This document shows positions 52,646 through 61,586 of a DNA stretch of 64,000 nucleotides, one piece after another. Origin of the DNA: Desulfobacterales bacterium (lineage in GTDB: Bacteria; Desulfobacterota; Desulfobacteria; Desulfobacterales; UBA5852); assembly GCA_963674755.2 (NCBI GenBank), contig CAXXVS010000003.1, positions 1,088,001-1,152,000 on the forward strand. The letters are read 5' to 3'. A program made the position numbers and the translations under genes. The first letter of the stretch is position 1. Each line of letters opens with the position of its first letter. A model generated the notes under the pieces. The model did not search any database, had not been told where the DNA came from, and saw only the letters and a list, made by a program, of their open reading frames with translations.

Positions 52646-54133
52646 TCAACCGCGCCAGCCCCCCAGACTCTGCCAAGGGGAGGGGGCGCTCGGGCCCGTA
52701 CCGGGGGTTGCGGCCGGCCGGGCTTTGGGCATCAAGGCATCGGCCACGAAAGCGGCCCGGGCCGCGTCGGGATTCGGCGCCAGCGGCGTCCAGGCGGCCA
52801 GGTGCTCCGGGATGAAATCGGTATAGGTGGCGCCCCGGCGAAACGCCTCATGGTCCAGGACGTCCCGCAGAAAGGCGATGGGGGTGCGCACGCCCAGGAT
52901 GACATAGCTGGCCAGCGCCCGCCGGGCCCGGGCTATGGCGGCCTCCCGGGTTTCGGCCTGCACCACCAGTTTGGCCAGGATGGGGTCGTATTCCACCGGG
53001 ACGTGCGCCCCGGCGTAGATGCCGGCATCGATTCGGATCCCGGGGCCCTGGGGGCTTTTCAGATAACGGATGATGCCCGGGGACGGCAGGAAGCCGCAGG
53101 CGGGATCTTCGGCATAGATGCGGCATTCGATGGCGTGGCCCCGCCCGGCGATGTCTTCCTGGGCGTAGGACAGGGGCCGGCCGGCGGCAATCCGAATCTG
53201 CTCCCGCACCAGGTCGATGCCGGTCACCATTTCGGTAATGGGGTGTTCCACTTGCAGGCGCGTATTGACTTCGAGGAAGTAGAAGCGGCCCTCCGGATCC
53301 AGCAGGAATTCCACCGTACCGGCATTGACGTAGCCGGCAGCCCGCGCCGCGCGCACGGCGGCCTCTCCCATCGCGGCCCGCAGCTTCGGTGTGAGGGCCG
53401 GGGAGGGGGTCTCTTCGATGATCTTCTGGTGGCGGCGCTGGATGGAGCATTCCCGCTCCAACACATGAATGCAGTTGCCGTGGCGGTCGGCCATGATCTG
53501 GAATTCGACGTGCCGGGTCTTGGGCAGATACTTCTCGATGTAAATTGAGCCGTTGCCGAAGGCCGCCGCGGCCTCCCGGCCGGCGGCTTCCGCCGCTTCG
53601 GCCAGCGCTTCCGGGGCATGCACGATCCGCATGCCTTTGCCGCCCCCGCCGGCAGCGGCCTTGATCAAGACGGGATAGCCGATCTCCTCGGCCGCCGCGG
53701 CCAGTTTCGCAGGGTCGGTTTCGGCCTGGAGCTGACCCGGAATGACCGGCACGCCGCTGTCCTGCATGAGACGGCGGGCCACGGTCTTGTCCCCCAGATC
53801 GCGGATGGCCTCCGCCGGCGGGCCGATGAAGGTGATCCCCTCCTCGACACAGCGGGCGGCGAAGGCGGCATTTTCTGCCAAAAACCCGTAGCCGGGGTGG
53901 ATGGCTTCGGCCCCGGCCGACCGGGCGGCGGCCAGGATGCGGTCCTGGTTGAGATAGCTGGCCGTCGGGTCGGCGGCCCCTACCAGCACGGCCCGGTCTG
54001 CCGCCAGGACGTGGGCCGCGGTCTCGTCCGCCTCGGAATAGACGGCCACGGTCTCGATCCCCATCTCCCGGCAGGTATGCATGATGCGGCAGGCGATTTC
54101 GCCGCGATTGGCAATCAGGATGCGTTTGAACAT
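52646..54133 (-). CDS. Biotin carboxylase subunit of an acyl-CoA carboxylase
   Basis: ILIANRGEIA, HPGYGFLAEN, GGGGKGMR, NTRLQVEHP; start trimmed to ATG 54133. Confidence 0.93.
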   Translation of the reverse strand: MFKRILIANRGEIACRIMHTCREMGIETVAVYSEADETAAHVLAADRAVLVGAADPTASYLNQDRILAAARSAGAEAIHPGYGFLAENAAFAARCVEEGITFIGPPAEAIRDLGDKTVARRLMQDSGVPVIPGQLQAETDPAKLAAAAEEIGYPVLIKAAAGGGGKGMRIVHAPEALAEAAEAAGREAAAAFGNGSIYIEKYLPKTRHVEFQIMADRHGNCIHVLERECSIQRRHQKIIEETPSPALTPKLRAAMGEAAVRAARAAGYVNAGTVEFLLDPEGRFYFLEVNTRLQVEHPITEMVTGIDLVREQIRIAAGRPLSYAQEDIAGRGHAIECRIYAEDPACGFLPSPGIIRYLKSPQGPGIRIDAGIYAGAHVPVEYDPILAKLVVQAETREAAIARARRALASYVILGVRTPIAFLRDVLDHEAFRRGATYTDFIPEHLAAWTPLAPNPDAARAAFVADALMPKARPAATPGTGPSAPSPWQSLGGWRG

Positions 54134-54148
54134 GATGCCGTTTCCTTT

Positions 54149-54463
54149 TAGTTTTGATCTAAACTCGCCGCCTCCGGTGGAGGACCGGAGAGGTTCGGCC
54201 GATCCGGGGAGCTTTTTTATAATTGGAGCCTTCATTTTCTTGCACGTGCAAGAAAACGGAAGCAATCACGCCTCGGCGTGACAGGCTTCAAACGCCCGTG
54301 TCCCGCGGCCCCTGCGGGGCTGCCCTGCGCGTCCCGTCGGCGGTCGGACGCGCCGAAACTCGCCCCGCCTTCGCCAAGGCTACGGCGGGACTCAGACAGT
54401 CGCCGCGTCTTTTTCGCCCTCCGACGGGATGCTCGGCGCGGGACAAAGGGAAATTCAAAACCA
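54149..54463. repeat. Structured intergenic repeat family A, copy 3
   Basis: Long near-identity to 39440-39525 plus the shared 3' blocks. Confidence 0.85.
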
Positions 54464-54552
54464 AAATCTCAAAAGCCGTTTTCAAGCCCCCTTCGGAGAG
54501 GCCAAGGGCCACGTAACGCCGATCTGGGGCCAAAAGACAATTTTGAGTTTCT

Positions 54553-56169
54553 CTACATGCGGAAAATCCCATACCCCGGCGCCCCATCCCGCAGGGGCGC
54601 ATTGAGGGCTGCGGATATGGACAGCCCCAGCACATTGCGGGTTTCGGCCGGGTCGATGATGCCGTCATCCCAGAGATTGGCCGTGCTGTAGTAGGCATTG
54701 CCCTCTTTGCGGGCCGCCTCGACGATGGGTCCCTTGATGGCCGCCACGTCTTCATCGCTCATGGGGGGGGCCCCGGCCCGGGCGAGCTGATCGTTTTTGA
54801 CCGATATGAGGACATCGGCGGCCTGTTCGCCGCCCATGACGCCGATTTCGGCATTCGGCCAGGTCCACAGGAAACGCGGGCCATAGGCCCGACCGCACAT
54901 GCCGTAGTTGCCGGCCCCGAAAGAGGCCCCCGTCATGACGGTGAACTTGGGCACCGTGGCCGTGGACACCGCGTTGACCATCTTGTGACCGTCTTTGGTG
55001 ATGCCGATCCGCTCATACTCCCGGCCGATGATATAGCCGTTGATGTTTTGCAGAAAGACCAGCGGGATGCCGCGCCGGTCGCAGAGCTGAATGAACTGGG
55101 TGGCCTTGAGGGCGCTGTCCGAAAAAAGGATCCCGTTGTTGCCGAGAATTCCCACCGGGTAGCCGTGGATGCGGGCCATGCCGCACACCAGGGTCGTTCC
55201 GTAGAGGGCCTTGAATTCGGTAAAGTCGCTGCTGTCCACGATGCGGGCGATGACTTCCCGCACGTCGTAGGGCGTTTTCAGGTCACGGCTGACGATGCCG
55301 TAGATTTCCTTGGGGTCGTAGCGGGGCGGGGCCGGATCCTGCATACGCAGGCCCGCCTTGTCGGCCTCCGGCAGGTTGCGGACCAGCTCCCGCACGATGG
55401 CAATGGCTTGGGCGTCGTTGTCGGCCATATAGTCGGAGACCCCGGACTCCCGGCAATGCAGATCCGCGCCCCCCAATTCGTCGGCCGTGACCTCTTCGCC
55501 GGTGGCGGCCCGCACCAGGGGGGGGCCGCCCAGAAAGATGGCCCCGGTGCCCCGCACGTGAACCGCTTCGTCCGACATGGCCGGGATATAGGCTCCACCG
55601 GCCGTGCACAGCCCCATGACCGCGGCGATCTGGGGGATGCCCATTTTGGACATGACGGCCTGGTTGTAGAAGATGCGCCCGCCGTCGTCCTCGTCCGGGA
55701 AGATTTCGCTCTGCAGGGGCAGAAAGGCCCCCCCGGAGTCAATCAGATAGATCGTGGGCAGCCGGTTTTCCATGGCGATCTTCTGGGCCCGCAGGGACTT
55801 CTTGACCCCCAGGGGATAGATCGTACCCCCCTTGATCATGGGGTCGTTGGCATTGACGATCACCTCGCGCCCCTCCACCACCCCGATGCCGATCACACTC
55901 CCGGCCCCGTGGACCTTGCCGTCGTACATGCCTTTGGCCGCCAGGGCGCCAATTTCCAGAAAGGGCGTGTTGCGGTCCAGGAGCAGCTCCAGCCGTTCGC
56001 GCACCGGCAGCTTGCCCACCTCCGCCACGCGTTGGCGCGCCTTGTCGGAGCGTTCTTCCCGGGCCTGCTTAAGGTTTGCTTTGAGATCCGCCACCAGGGA
56101 GGTCATGCGGGCGAAGTTCTTCTGGTACGCATCGGATTGCGTGTCGATCCGGGTCGCTATCACGGCCAT
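54553..56169 (-). CDS. Methylcrotonyl/geranyl-CoA carboxylase carboxyltransferase subunit
   Basis: DSGGAFLP, CTAGGAY, GGPPLV, GAGNYGMCGRAY, YGIFRM. Confidence 0.92.
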   Translation of the reverse strand: MAVIATRIDTQSDAYQKNFARMTSLVADLKANLKQAREERSDKARQRVAEVGKLPVRERLELLLDRNTPFLEIGALAAKGMYDGKVHGAGSVIGIGVVEGREVIVNANDPMIKGGTIYPLGVKKSLRAQKIAMENRLPTIYLIDSGGAFLPLQSEIFPDEDDGGRIFYNQAVMSKMGIPQIAAVMGLCTAGGAYIPAMSDEAVHVRGTGAIFLGGPPLVRAATGEEVTADELGGADLHCRESGVSDYMADNDAQAIAIVRELVRNLPEADKAGLRMQDPAPPRYDPKEIYGIVSRDLKTPYDVREVIARIVDSSDFTEFKALYGTTLVCGMARIHGYPVGILGNNGILFSDSALKATQFIQLCDRRGIPLVFLQNINGYIIGREYERIGITKDGHKMVNAVSTATVPKFTVMTGASFGAGNYGMCGRAYGPRFLWTWPNAEIGVMGGEQAADVLISVKNDQLARAGAPPMSDEDVAAIKGPIVEAARKEGNAYYSTANLWDDGIIDPAETRNVLGLSISAALNAPLRDGAPGYGIFRM

Positions 56170-56181
56170 AATTATAGTCTC

Positions 56182-56859
56182 CTAAACCGGGTGATCGGTA
56201 CGCAGCAGGTTCTGGATGCCGCCCACGATGAAGGCCACCGCATCCCGGCCCACCGCGTCGAGGTCGGCGTGGCGGTCCTGCCAGATCAGATATTGGTAGG
56301 CCAGGCGTTCGAACATCCCCAGGATGCTGGCTGCCATGACTTCTTCGGCCATCGTGCTCTCAAAGGGACCGAGGTTGTCGCCAATGCTTTTGAGCGCCGT
56401 CATGAGGTCGTCGATCAGCTTGTCGAAGATTTTTTTGCGGTGGGCTTCCACCGTCTCGCCCTGGCCCACCGACTCCCGGAAGATCAGAGCGATCTGGTCG
56501 GGGTGGCGAGGGCAGAAGTCTTCAAAAAAGACCATTCCGGCCCGCCGGATGCCCTCCAGGGTACCGTCGGCATTCCGGAAAGCTTCGCCCAGCAGATTGC
56601 GCAGCTCGTAGCCGGTCTGGTCCAGCAGTTTCACCAGCAGGTCTTCCTTGTTCTTGCAGTAGAAGTAGACCGTCCCCACGGAAACCTCGGCCTCGTCGGC
56701 AATGCGTTCCATGCCGGTGCGGTGGTATCCCTCCCGAGCGAATAGCCGTCCGGCGGCCGCCAGGATGGTCTGCAGGCGCTGTTCGCGTTCGCGCTGCCGC
56801 CGCAGGGCGCTCTTGGTCGATGGCGTGCGGGGCTTCGGAGGGGCTTTCGGTTTCGACAT
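56182..56859 (-). CDS. TetR/AcrR family regulator
   Basis: AAGRLFAREG...IADEAEVSVGTVYFY; CAGGAG RBS before ATG 56859. Confidence 0.9.
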   Translation of the reverse strand: MSKPKAPPKPRTPSTKSALRRQREREQRLQTILAAAGRLFAREGYHRTGMERIADEAEVSVGTVYFYCKNKEDLLVKLLDQTGYELRNLLGEAFRNADGTLEGIRRAGMVFFEDFCPRHPDQIALIFRESVGQGETVEAHRKKIFDKLIDDLMTALKSIGDNLGPFESTMAEEVMAASILGMFERLAYQYLIWQDRHADLDAVGRDAVAFIVGGIQNLLRTDHPV

Positions 56860-56872
56860 TATCTCTCCTGTG

Positions 56873-57018
56873 TAGTGCCCATCCAGAAATGTCATCTTTC
56901 GGCCCCGGCCGGCGTTCTCGCTCTTTGGAAATCCTCGACGTAGCTCACTACGCCTGCGGTTTTCAAATCGCTGCGGTCTTGGCCGGAACCAAAATCTACC
57001 ATTTCTGGATGGGCACTA
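56873..57018. repeat. Structured repeat family B (inverted orientation)
   Basis: Perfect terminal IR TAGTGCCCATCCAGAAATG / CATTTCTGGATGGGCACTA; reverse complement of the shared core. Confidence 0.88.
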
Positions 57019-57096
57019 AGTATGGGCAAAGTGATATTCGTGTCATTTCTCCAGAAAAGACAAAACCTATATGTCGCCTGCCACGCAGGAGAGGAT

Positions 57097-58233
57097 TCAC
57101 AATCTACCTAAAGCCGCGTCCCCGATCTTCACCCGGGCAATCTCGGTGGAGATGCCGGCGATCTGGCCGTATTTGGCGCAGCGGTAGGCCTGCTCGGCCG
57201 GCCCTCCCGTCAGGTAGCCGCTGCCGGACAGGATTTGCAGGGCTTTCCCGGCCACGGTCTCGGCCGCCTCGGTGCAGAACACCTTGGCGCAGAGGGTCAG
57301 GACGTTGGCTTCCCGGGGGGCGTCGTCCGCCATCCAGGCCGCCCGGTAGGCAAAAAGCTGGGCGGTCTGGCAAAGGGTCAGCATTTCCGCGAGCTTGAAG
57401 CCCACCTCCTGGTAGGCGATGATGGGCTTTCCGCCGGAGCGGTGAGTCTTGGCATGATCGCGGGCCGCTTCGAAACTGCTCTGCAGCATGCCCAGGGCGG
57501 CGGCGATCAGAATCTGGTTTTCCCACAGCTTGAGCTGACCCAGAACCGTCTCCCCGTCGAGGGGTCCGATCACCCGGTCAGCCGGCACCGGACAGCCGTC
57601 CAGTTCGAGGCCGCAAATGGCAAGCCCGTTGTAGCCCATGGTGGTCAGACGGTCCGTCATCTTCAGGCCGGGGCTTGGCCGGTCCACCAGGAAGACGGCC
57701 AGCCCGCCCTCCAGGCACCCCACCACGGCCAGGCAATCGGCCAGCGGGCCGTTGATGACATAGTTTTTCGCGCCGCTGATCAGGACCGTGTCTCCCTTGC
57801 GAGTGCCCACGGTGGTCAGGGGATCGTTCTCCACGTTCATGGCCGTTTCCGAAAGGGCCACGGCACCGACGATCCCGCCTGCCGCCACCTGCTTGGCGAG
57901 GGCCTCGACCGCCGGCGTTTGTTCGCCCAGGCTCAGGGCGCGGCCGAACAGCCGGGTGCTCATCTCCACCGCCAGGAACAGTGAAGGCGAAACCGTGGCT
58001 AGGCGTTCCATGGTGGCCATCAGGGCCAGGGTGCCCGCCACCGGCGGGTCGGGCAGGGAAGCGCCGATCTTCAGGTAGCCCAGGGGGGCCAGGGCGGCCA
58101 GGACCGCGGCCAGGTTGCCGCGCACCGTTTCAAGATCGCCGGATTCCAGGTCGCGATCCTGCGCGAGCTTGCGCAACGCGCTGCCAAGCTCGGCAAAAAA
58201 AGCGGTTTCGGTTGCGGAAAAATCAAAATTCAT
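57097..58233 (-). CDS. Divergent acyl-CoA dehydrogenase family protein
   Basis: ACAD fold motifs (ALSE, GAKNYVING, YQEVGFKLAEM) but degenerate TEPxxGSD and GGT motifs. Confidence 0.82.
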   Translation of the reverse strand: MNFDFSATETAFFAELGSALRKLAQDRDLESGDLETVRGNLAAVLAALAPLGYLKIGASLPDPPVAGTLALMATMERLATVSPSLFLAVEMSTRLFGRALSLGEQTPAVEALAKQVAAGGIVGAVALSETAMNVENDPLTTVGTRKGDTVLISGAKNYVINGPLADCLAVVGCLEGGLAVFLVDRPSPGLKMTDRLTTMGYNGLAICGLELDGCPVPADRVIGPLDGETVLGQLKLWENQILIAAALGMLQSSFEAARDHAKTHRSGGKPIIAYQEVGFKLAEMLTLCQTAQLFAYRAAWMADDAPREANVLTLCAKVFCTEAAETVAGKALQILSGSGYLTGGPAEQAYRCAKYGQIAGISTEIARVKIGDAALGRL

Positions 58234-58279
58234 CGGGTTCTCCTTACGCTGGCCTGTTTCTGGCGCTCGACGCTGGCCC

Positions 58280-59422
58280 TTACAGTAATTTCGAGATGAT
58301 CATCTTCTGGATTTCCGACGTGCCGCCGCCGATGGGTGCCAGGCGCGTATCCCGGAAGATGCGCTCCACATCGAATTCATGGGTGAAGCCGTAGCCGCCG
58401 TGCAGGGTGACGGCATCGTTGGTGATCGCCAGGCTCCAGTCGCCCACGTACAGCTTGGCGATGGCCGCCTCCAGGTGGTTAAGGGGCTTGCCCTGGTCCT
58501 TGCACCAGGCGATGCGGTAGACCAGGGTGCGGGCGGCCTCGCCAAAGATGCGGATATCGGCCAGCTTGTGCTTGATGGCCTGGAACTTTCCGATGGGCCG
58601 GCCGAACTGGACGCGCCCCCGGGCGTAGTCGGCGCATTTTTTGAGCAGATAGGTGGTCGCGCCCACGAAGGGCGCCAGCAGGGCGCTGCGGTCCCATTCC
58701 ACGGTCTGCATGGCGTAGAAAAAGCCCTCGCCCTCCTTGCCCAGCAGATTCTCAGCCGGGATCTCGCAGTCCTGGAAGACCAGTTCGCTGGTCTGGGAGG
58801 AACGCACCCCCATTTTGATGAGGGGGCGCCCCGGCGAAAACCCCGGCGTGCCCTTCTCCACGATAAAGGCGCTGATCCCGGCGTGGGCCTGCTCCGGGTC
58901 GGTCTTGGCGTAGACCACGGCCACGTCGGCAATGGGACCGTTGGTGATCCACATCTTGGTGCCGTTGAGGACGTAGCGGTCGCCGCGCTTCTCGGCCGTG
59001 GTGGTCATGGAGGCCACATCCGATCCGGCGTCCGGTTCGGAAAGCCCCATGCAGCCGATCCACTCCCCGGAGGCCAGTTTGGGAATATAGCGCCGGCGCT
59101 GGGCCTCGGTGCCGTTGCGAAACAGGGTGTCCGCGCACAGGAAGGTGTGGGCGCCGTAAGCCAGGGTCAGGCCGCCGTCCACCCCAGCCTCTCCCAGGGC
59201 CTCGCCGGCCAGCACCGTGGTGACCACGTCGGCCCCCTCGCCGCCGTATTCGGTGGGGAAGTGCATCCCCAGCAGGCCGAAGTCGCCCATCTTGCGGAAG
59301 GATTCGAAATCGAAGGCCTCCTTGAGATCATGCTCCTGCACCCGGGGGACGATTTCCTTTTTGGCAAACCGGATCACCTCTTTCTTGAACATGAGCTGTT
59401 CCCTGGTGAACGCAAAATCCAT
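58280..59422 (-). CDS. Acyl-CoA dehydrogenase (isovaleryl-CoA dehydrogenase-like)
   Basis: GLSEPDAGSDV, NGTKMWITNGP, IGGGTSEIQK. Confidence 0.92.
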   Translation of the reverse strand: MDFAFTREQLMFKKEVIRFAKKEIVPRVQEHDLKEAFDFESFRKMGDFGLLGMHFPTEYGGEGADVVTTVLAGEALGEAGVDGGLTLAYGAHTFLCADTLFRNGTEAQRRRYIPKLASGEWIGCMGLSEPDAGSDVASMTTTAEKRGDRYVLNGTKMWITNGPIADVAVVYAKTDPEQAHAGISAFIVEKGTPGFSPGRPLIKMGVRSSQTSELVFQDCEIPAENLLGKEGEGFFYAMQTVEWDRSALLAPFVGATTYLLKKCADYARGRVQFGRPIGKFQAIKHKLADIRIFGEAARTLVYRIAWCKDQGKPLNHLEAAIAKLYVGDWSLAITNDAVTLHGGYGFTHEFDVERIFRDTRLAPIGGGTSEIQKMIISKLL

Positions 59423-59506
59423 CCTGTCCGTCCTTTCACCGGCCGGCGGGCCGTTTGGCGTGATGCGCGGGTCTGCGGCTGACTATTTTTGAAGGTGATT
59501 ATAAAT

Positions 59507-59604
59507 TTGAATCTTGTTCAACCAATAAATACCAGCATTAGAGGATTCACGTTTCCCTTGTCAAGCAAAATTCGAACGAAATTATAAAATTGAATTAAGT
59601 TCAA
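59507..59604. promoter_or_regulatory. Two putative TetR operators upstream of the acyl-CoA operon
   Basis: TTGAATCTTGTTCAA (59507-59521) and TTGAATTAAGTTCAA (59590-59604). Confidence 0.62.
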
Positions 59605-59785
59605 AAACAGGGGGTGCGTGGCGTGCGGCGAGTCCGGGCGGTCATTCCGCGGCGGGAGAGAAGGAATTGCACCCGTTCCCCGGTCGGTCGGGCCGGGTCC
59701 GTTCAACCGGCTGAATCCGTATGATCCCCACCATTTTTTTGTTGACCCTCTTCCCGAAACAGTCTATATCGTAGGTCTCAATTTC

Positions 59786-59863
59786 GGGGGTGTAGTTCAG
59801 TTTGGTTAGAACGCCGGCCTGTCACGCCGGAGGTCGCGAGTTCGAGTCTCGTCGCTCCCGCCA
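59786..59863 (+). tRNA. tRNA-Asp(GTC)
   Basis: CCGGC-CTGTCAC-GCCGG anticodon arm, GTTCGAGTC, CCA; TTGACC-N17-TATATC upstream. Confidence 0.97.
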
Positions 59864-59909
59864 CGAAAATAAAGGCCTGTTACCGGTTGGTGACAGGCTT
59901 TCGTTATTT

Positions 59910-60161
59910 ATGGCTTACACTGTTTACATACTGGAGAGTGAGCGCACGGGCCGATATTATGTAGGGTCGACGGCAGATGTGGAGGAGCGCTTGACCCGCC
60001 ACAACCAGGGCCGATCTAAGTATACGAAAAGCGGTATCCCCTGGAAGGTGGTCTACACTGAGCAATGCGAAACGCGCGCTCAGGCCGTACGCCGTGAGAA
60101 ACAGATTAAGGGGCGAAAATCGCGGGCCTATATCGAAGATTTGGTTAGAACGTCCCGCTGA
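59910..60161 (+). CDS. Small GIY-YIG nuclease family protein (83 aa)
   Basis: YTVYIL...YYVGST...RLTRHN...YT..PWKVVY.E...A.RREKQIK. Confidence 0.9.
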   Translation: MAYTVYILESERTGRYYVGSTADVEERLTRHNQGRSKYTKSGIPWKVVYTEQCETRAQAVRREKQIKGRKSRAYIEDLVRTSR

Positions 60162-60204
60162 CCAGCGGGAAGGTCGCGAGTTCGAGTCTCGTCGCTCCCG
60201 CCAC
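60140..60204 (+). repeat. Partial tRNA-Asp copy with a substituted anticodon arm
   Basis: TTTGGTTAGAACG and the 34-nt AGGTC...CGCCAC are identical to tRNA-Asp; the middle is replaced by TCCCGCTG-AC-CAGCGGGA. Confidence 0.92.
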
Positions 60205-60210
60205 AAACAG

Positions 60211-60250
60211 AAACAGGGACTTAGAAGCGATTCTGAGTCCCTTGTTTTTT
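60211..60250 (+). terminator. Rho-independent terminator
   Basis: AGGGACTTAGAA-GCGA-TTCTGAGTCCCT followed by TGTTTTTT. Confidence 0.7.
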
Positions 60251-60429
60251 GCCTCAATTCTTGCGATTCCAACCCTATTTCCAACCCCCGTAAGTCGACG
60301 CCGCTTTGGTCTTAGGTCTTGATTTGATGGCGATCGTGATTTACAAATAAGTTAAAGTAATTTCATAATAACCTTCACTGAATTCCGGCTCGTTCAATCT
60401 TCCTTAGTAATTAGCTGTCATTTGAGGAT

Positions 60430-61155
60430 ATGATGAACAATACATGTAAAATGCCTGATATCGGCGATTCCCCTTGGGACTATCCAATGTATACCGCCGC
60501 TGAGGCGGCAAGGTTCGTTGGTCTATCGTCCGGTCGCGTGCGTAGATGGATAAAAGGCTACAGCTATAAATATGAGAAATCAGAAAATGTTTTTGAGGTT
60601 AAACACCAAAAACCAGTAATTAAAAGAAGTGCTCCGCCAGACTCATGCTATGCTTCATTTGTTGATCTGATTGATCTTTTGTTTGTTAAGCGTTTTTTAA
60701 ATTACGGCTTAAGCTTACAAAAAGTCAGGTCAGCCCTTGTAGAAGCAACTCAAATACTTGGTACGAATCATTTTGCCAGGGAATCATTTTTTACAGACGG
60801 AAGAAACATATACTTAGAAGTTAAAGAAAGTGGAGATGCCATATTAGAACTACTCTCCGGCGGGCAATGGGTTATTTCATCAGTTATCCGCCAACTTTCT
60901 CACCAAATCGACTTTGATCAGCCATGCGGTATTGCTAGAAGATGGTATCCATTAGGGAAGAATGGCCTAATTGTGCTTGATCCTGCAATTTCCTTTGGAA
61001 GACCAATTATTAAAAAGAAAAATATCACGACATTAAACGTGTATGATTTTTTTAAAGGCGAAAACGAAGATATCGATAGAGTTTCTAAATGGATGAACAT
61101 CAGCGAGAATGAAGTTAAGGCCGCCATTCAATTTGAGCAACAAATTGCTGCATGA
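60430..61155 (+). CDS. HTH + DUF433 antitoxin-like protein (VapB45-like)
   Basis: YTAAEAARFVG..RRWIKG, SFVDLI, VLDPAISFGRP, EVKAAIQFE. Confidence 0.8.
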   Translation: MMNNTCKMPDIGDSPWDYPMYTAAEAARFVGLSSGRVRRWIKGYSYKYEKSENVFEVKHQKPVIKRSAPPDSCYASFVDLIDLLFVKRFLNYGLSLQKVRSALVEATQILGTNHFARESFFTDGRNIYLEVKESGDAILELLSGGQWVISSVIRQLSHQIDFDQPCGIARRWYPLGKNGLIVLDPAISFGRPIIKKKNITTLNVYDFFKGENEDIDRVSKWMNISENEVKAAIQFEQQIAA

Positions 61156-61532
61156 GATTCTTCGTCGATAATAATCTTAGTGTAAATATTGTGCTTGGCT
61201 TAAGGGCATTTGGGGAAGATGTTACACACTTAACCGAATGTTTCCCACCTGAAGTACAAGATGTCGAATTGTTAAAATATATTGGTGAAAAAGGGTGGTT
61301 TTTAATAACAAGGGACGAAAGAATTCGATACAATGTTGCAGAGTTTGCCGCACTAAAGAGATATAAGGTCGGTGCTTTTTTTATAGGTGGAAAGAATAGG
61401 GGCCGATGTGAGTTAATTCGGCAAATTGTCAGAAATTGGCCGCGCATAAAAGAACAAGCCGCAAAGAATAGAACACCCTTTGCATACAAGGTACCCCCTA
61501 CTGGTACTAAGTTTAAAAAATACCCACTTTAA
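61152..61532 (+). CDS. PIN-like domain toxin (VapC45/DUF5615-like)
   Basis: MRFFVDNNL, D.ELL, LITRDERIRY..E; ATGA overlap with the upstream gene. Confidence 0.78.
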   Translation: MRFFVDNNLSVNIVLGLRAFGEDVTHLTECFPPEVQDVELLKYIGEKGWFLITRDERIRYNVAEFAALKRYKVGAFFIGGKNRGRCELIRQIVRNWPRIKEQAAKNRTPFAYKVPPTGTKFKKYPL

Positions 61533-61586
61533 AATAAGGAGGCCCAGGGAACGACGGGAGGGGACGGGTTTGATGCGTTTTCCACC

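Noticed and set aside
39368..57018. CRISPR interpretation of the repeats
   Set aside because: The repeats are dispersed with no regular repeat-spacer period, and there are no cas genes
42425..59482. Long antisense ORFs (e.g. 42425..43951, 44613..46139, 51259..52815, 54985..56745, 58379..59482)
   Set aside because: Shadow frames of high-GC genes with clear family motifs on the opposite strand
59802..59909. 119-aa version of the GIY-YIG ORF starting inside tRNA-Asp
   Set aside because: The start lies within the tRNA; the family-like sequence begins at ATG 59910
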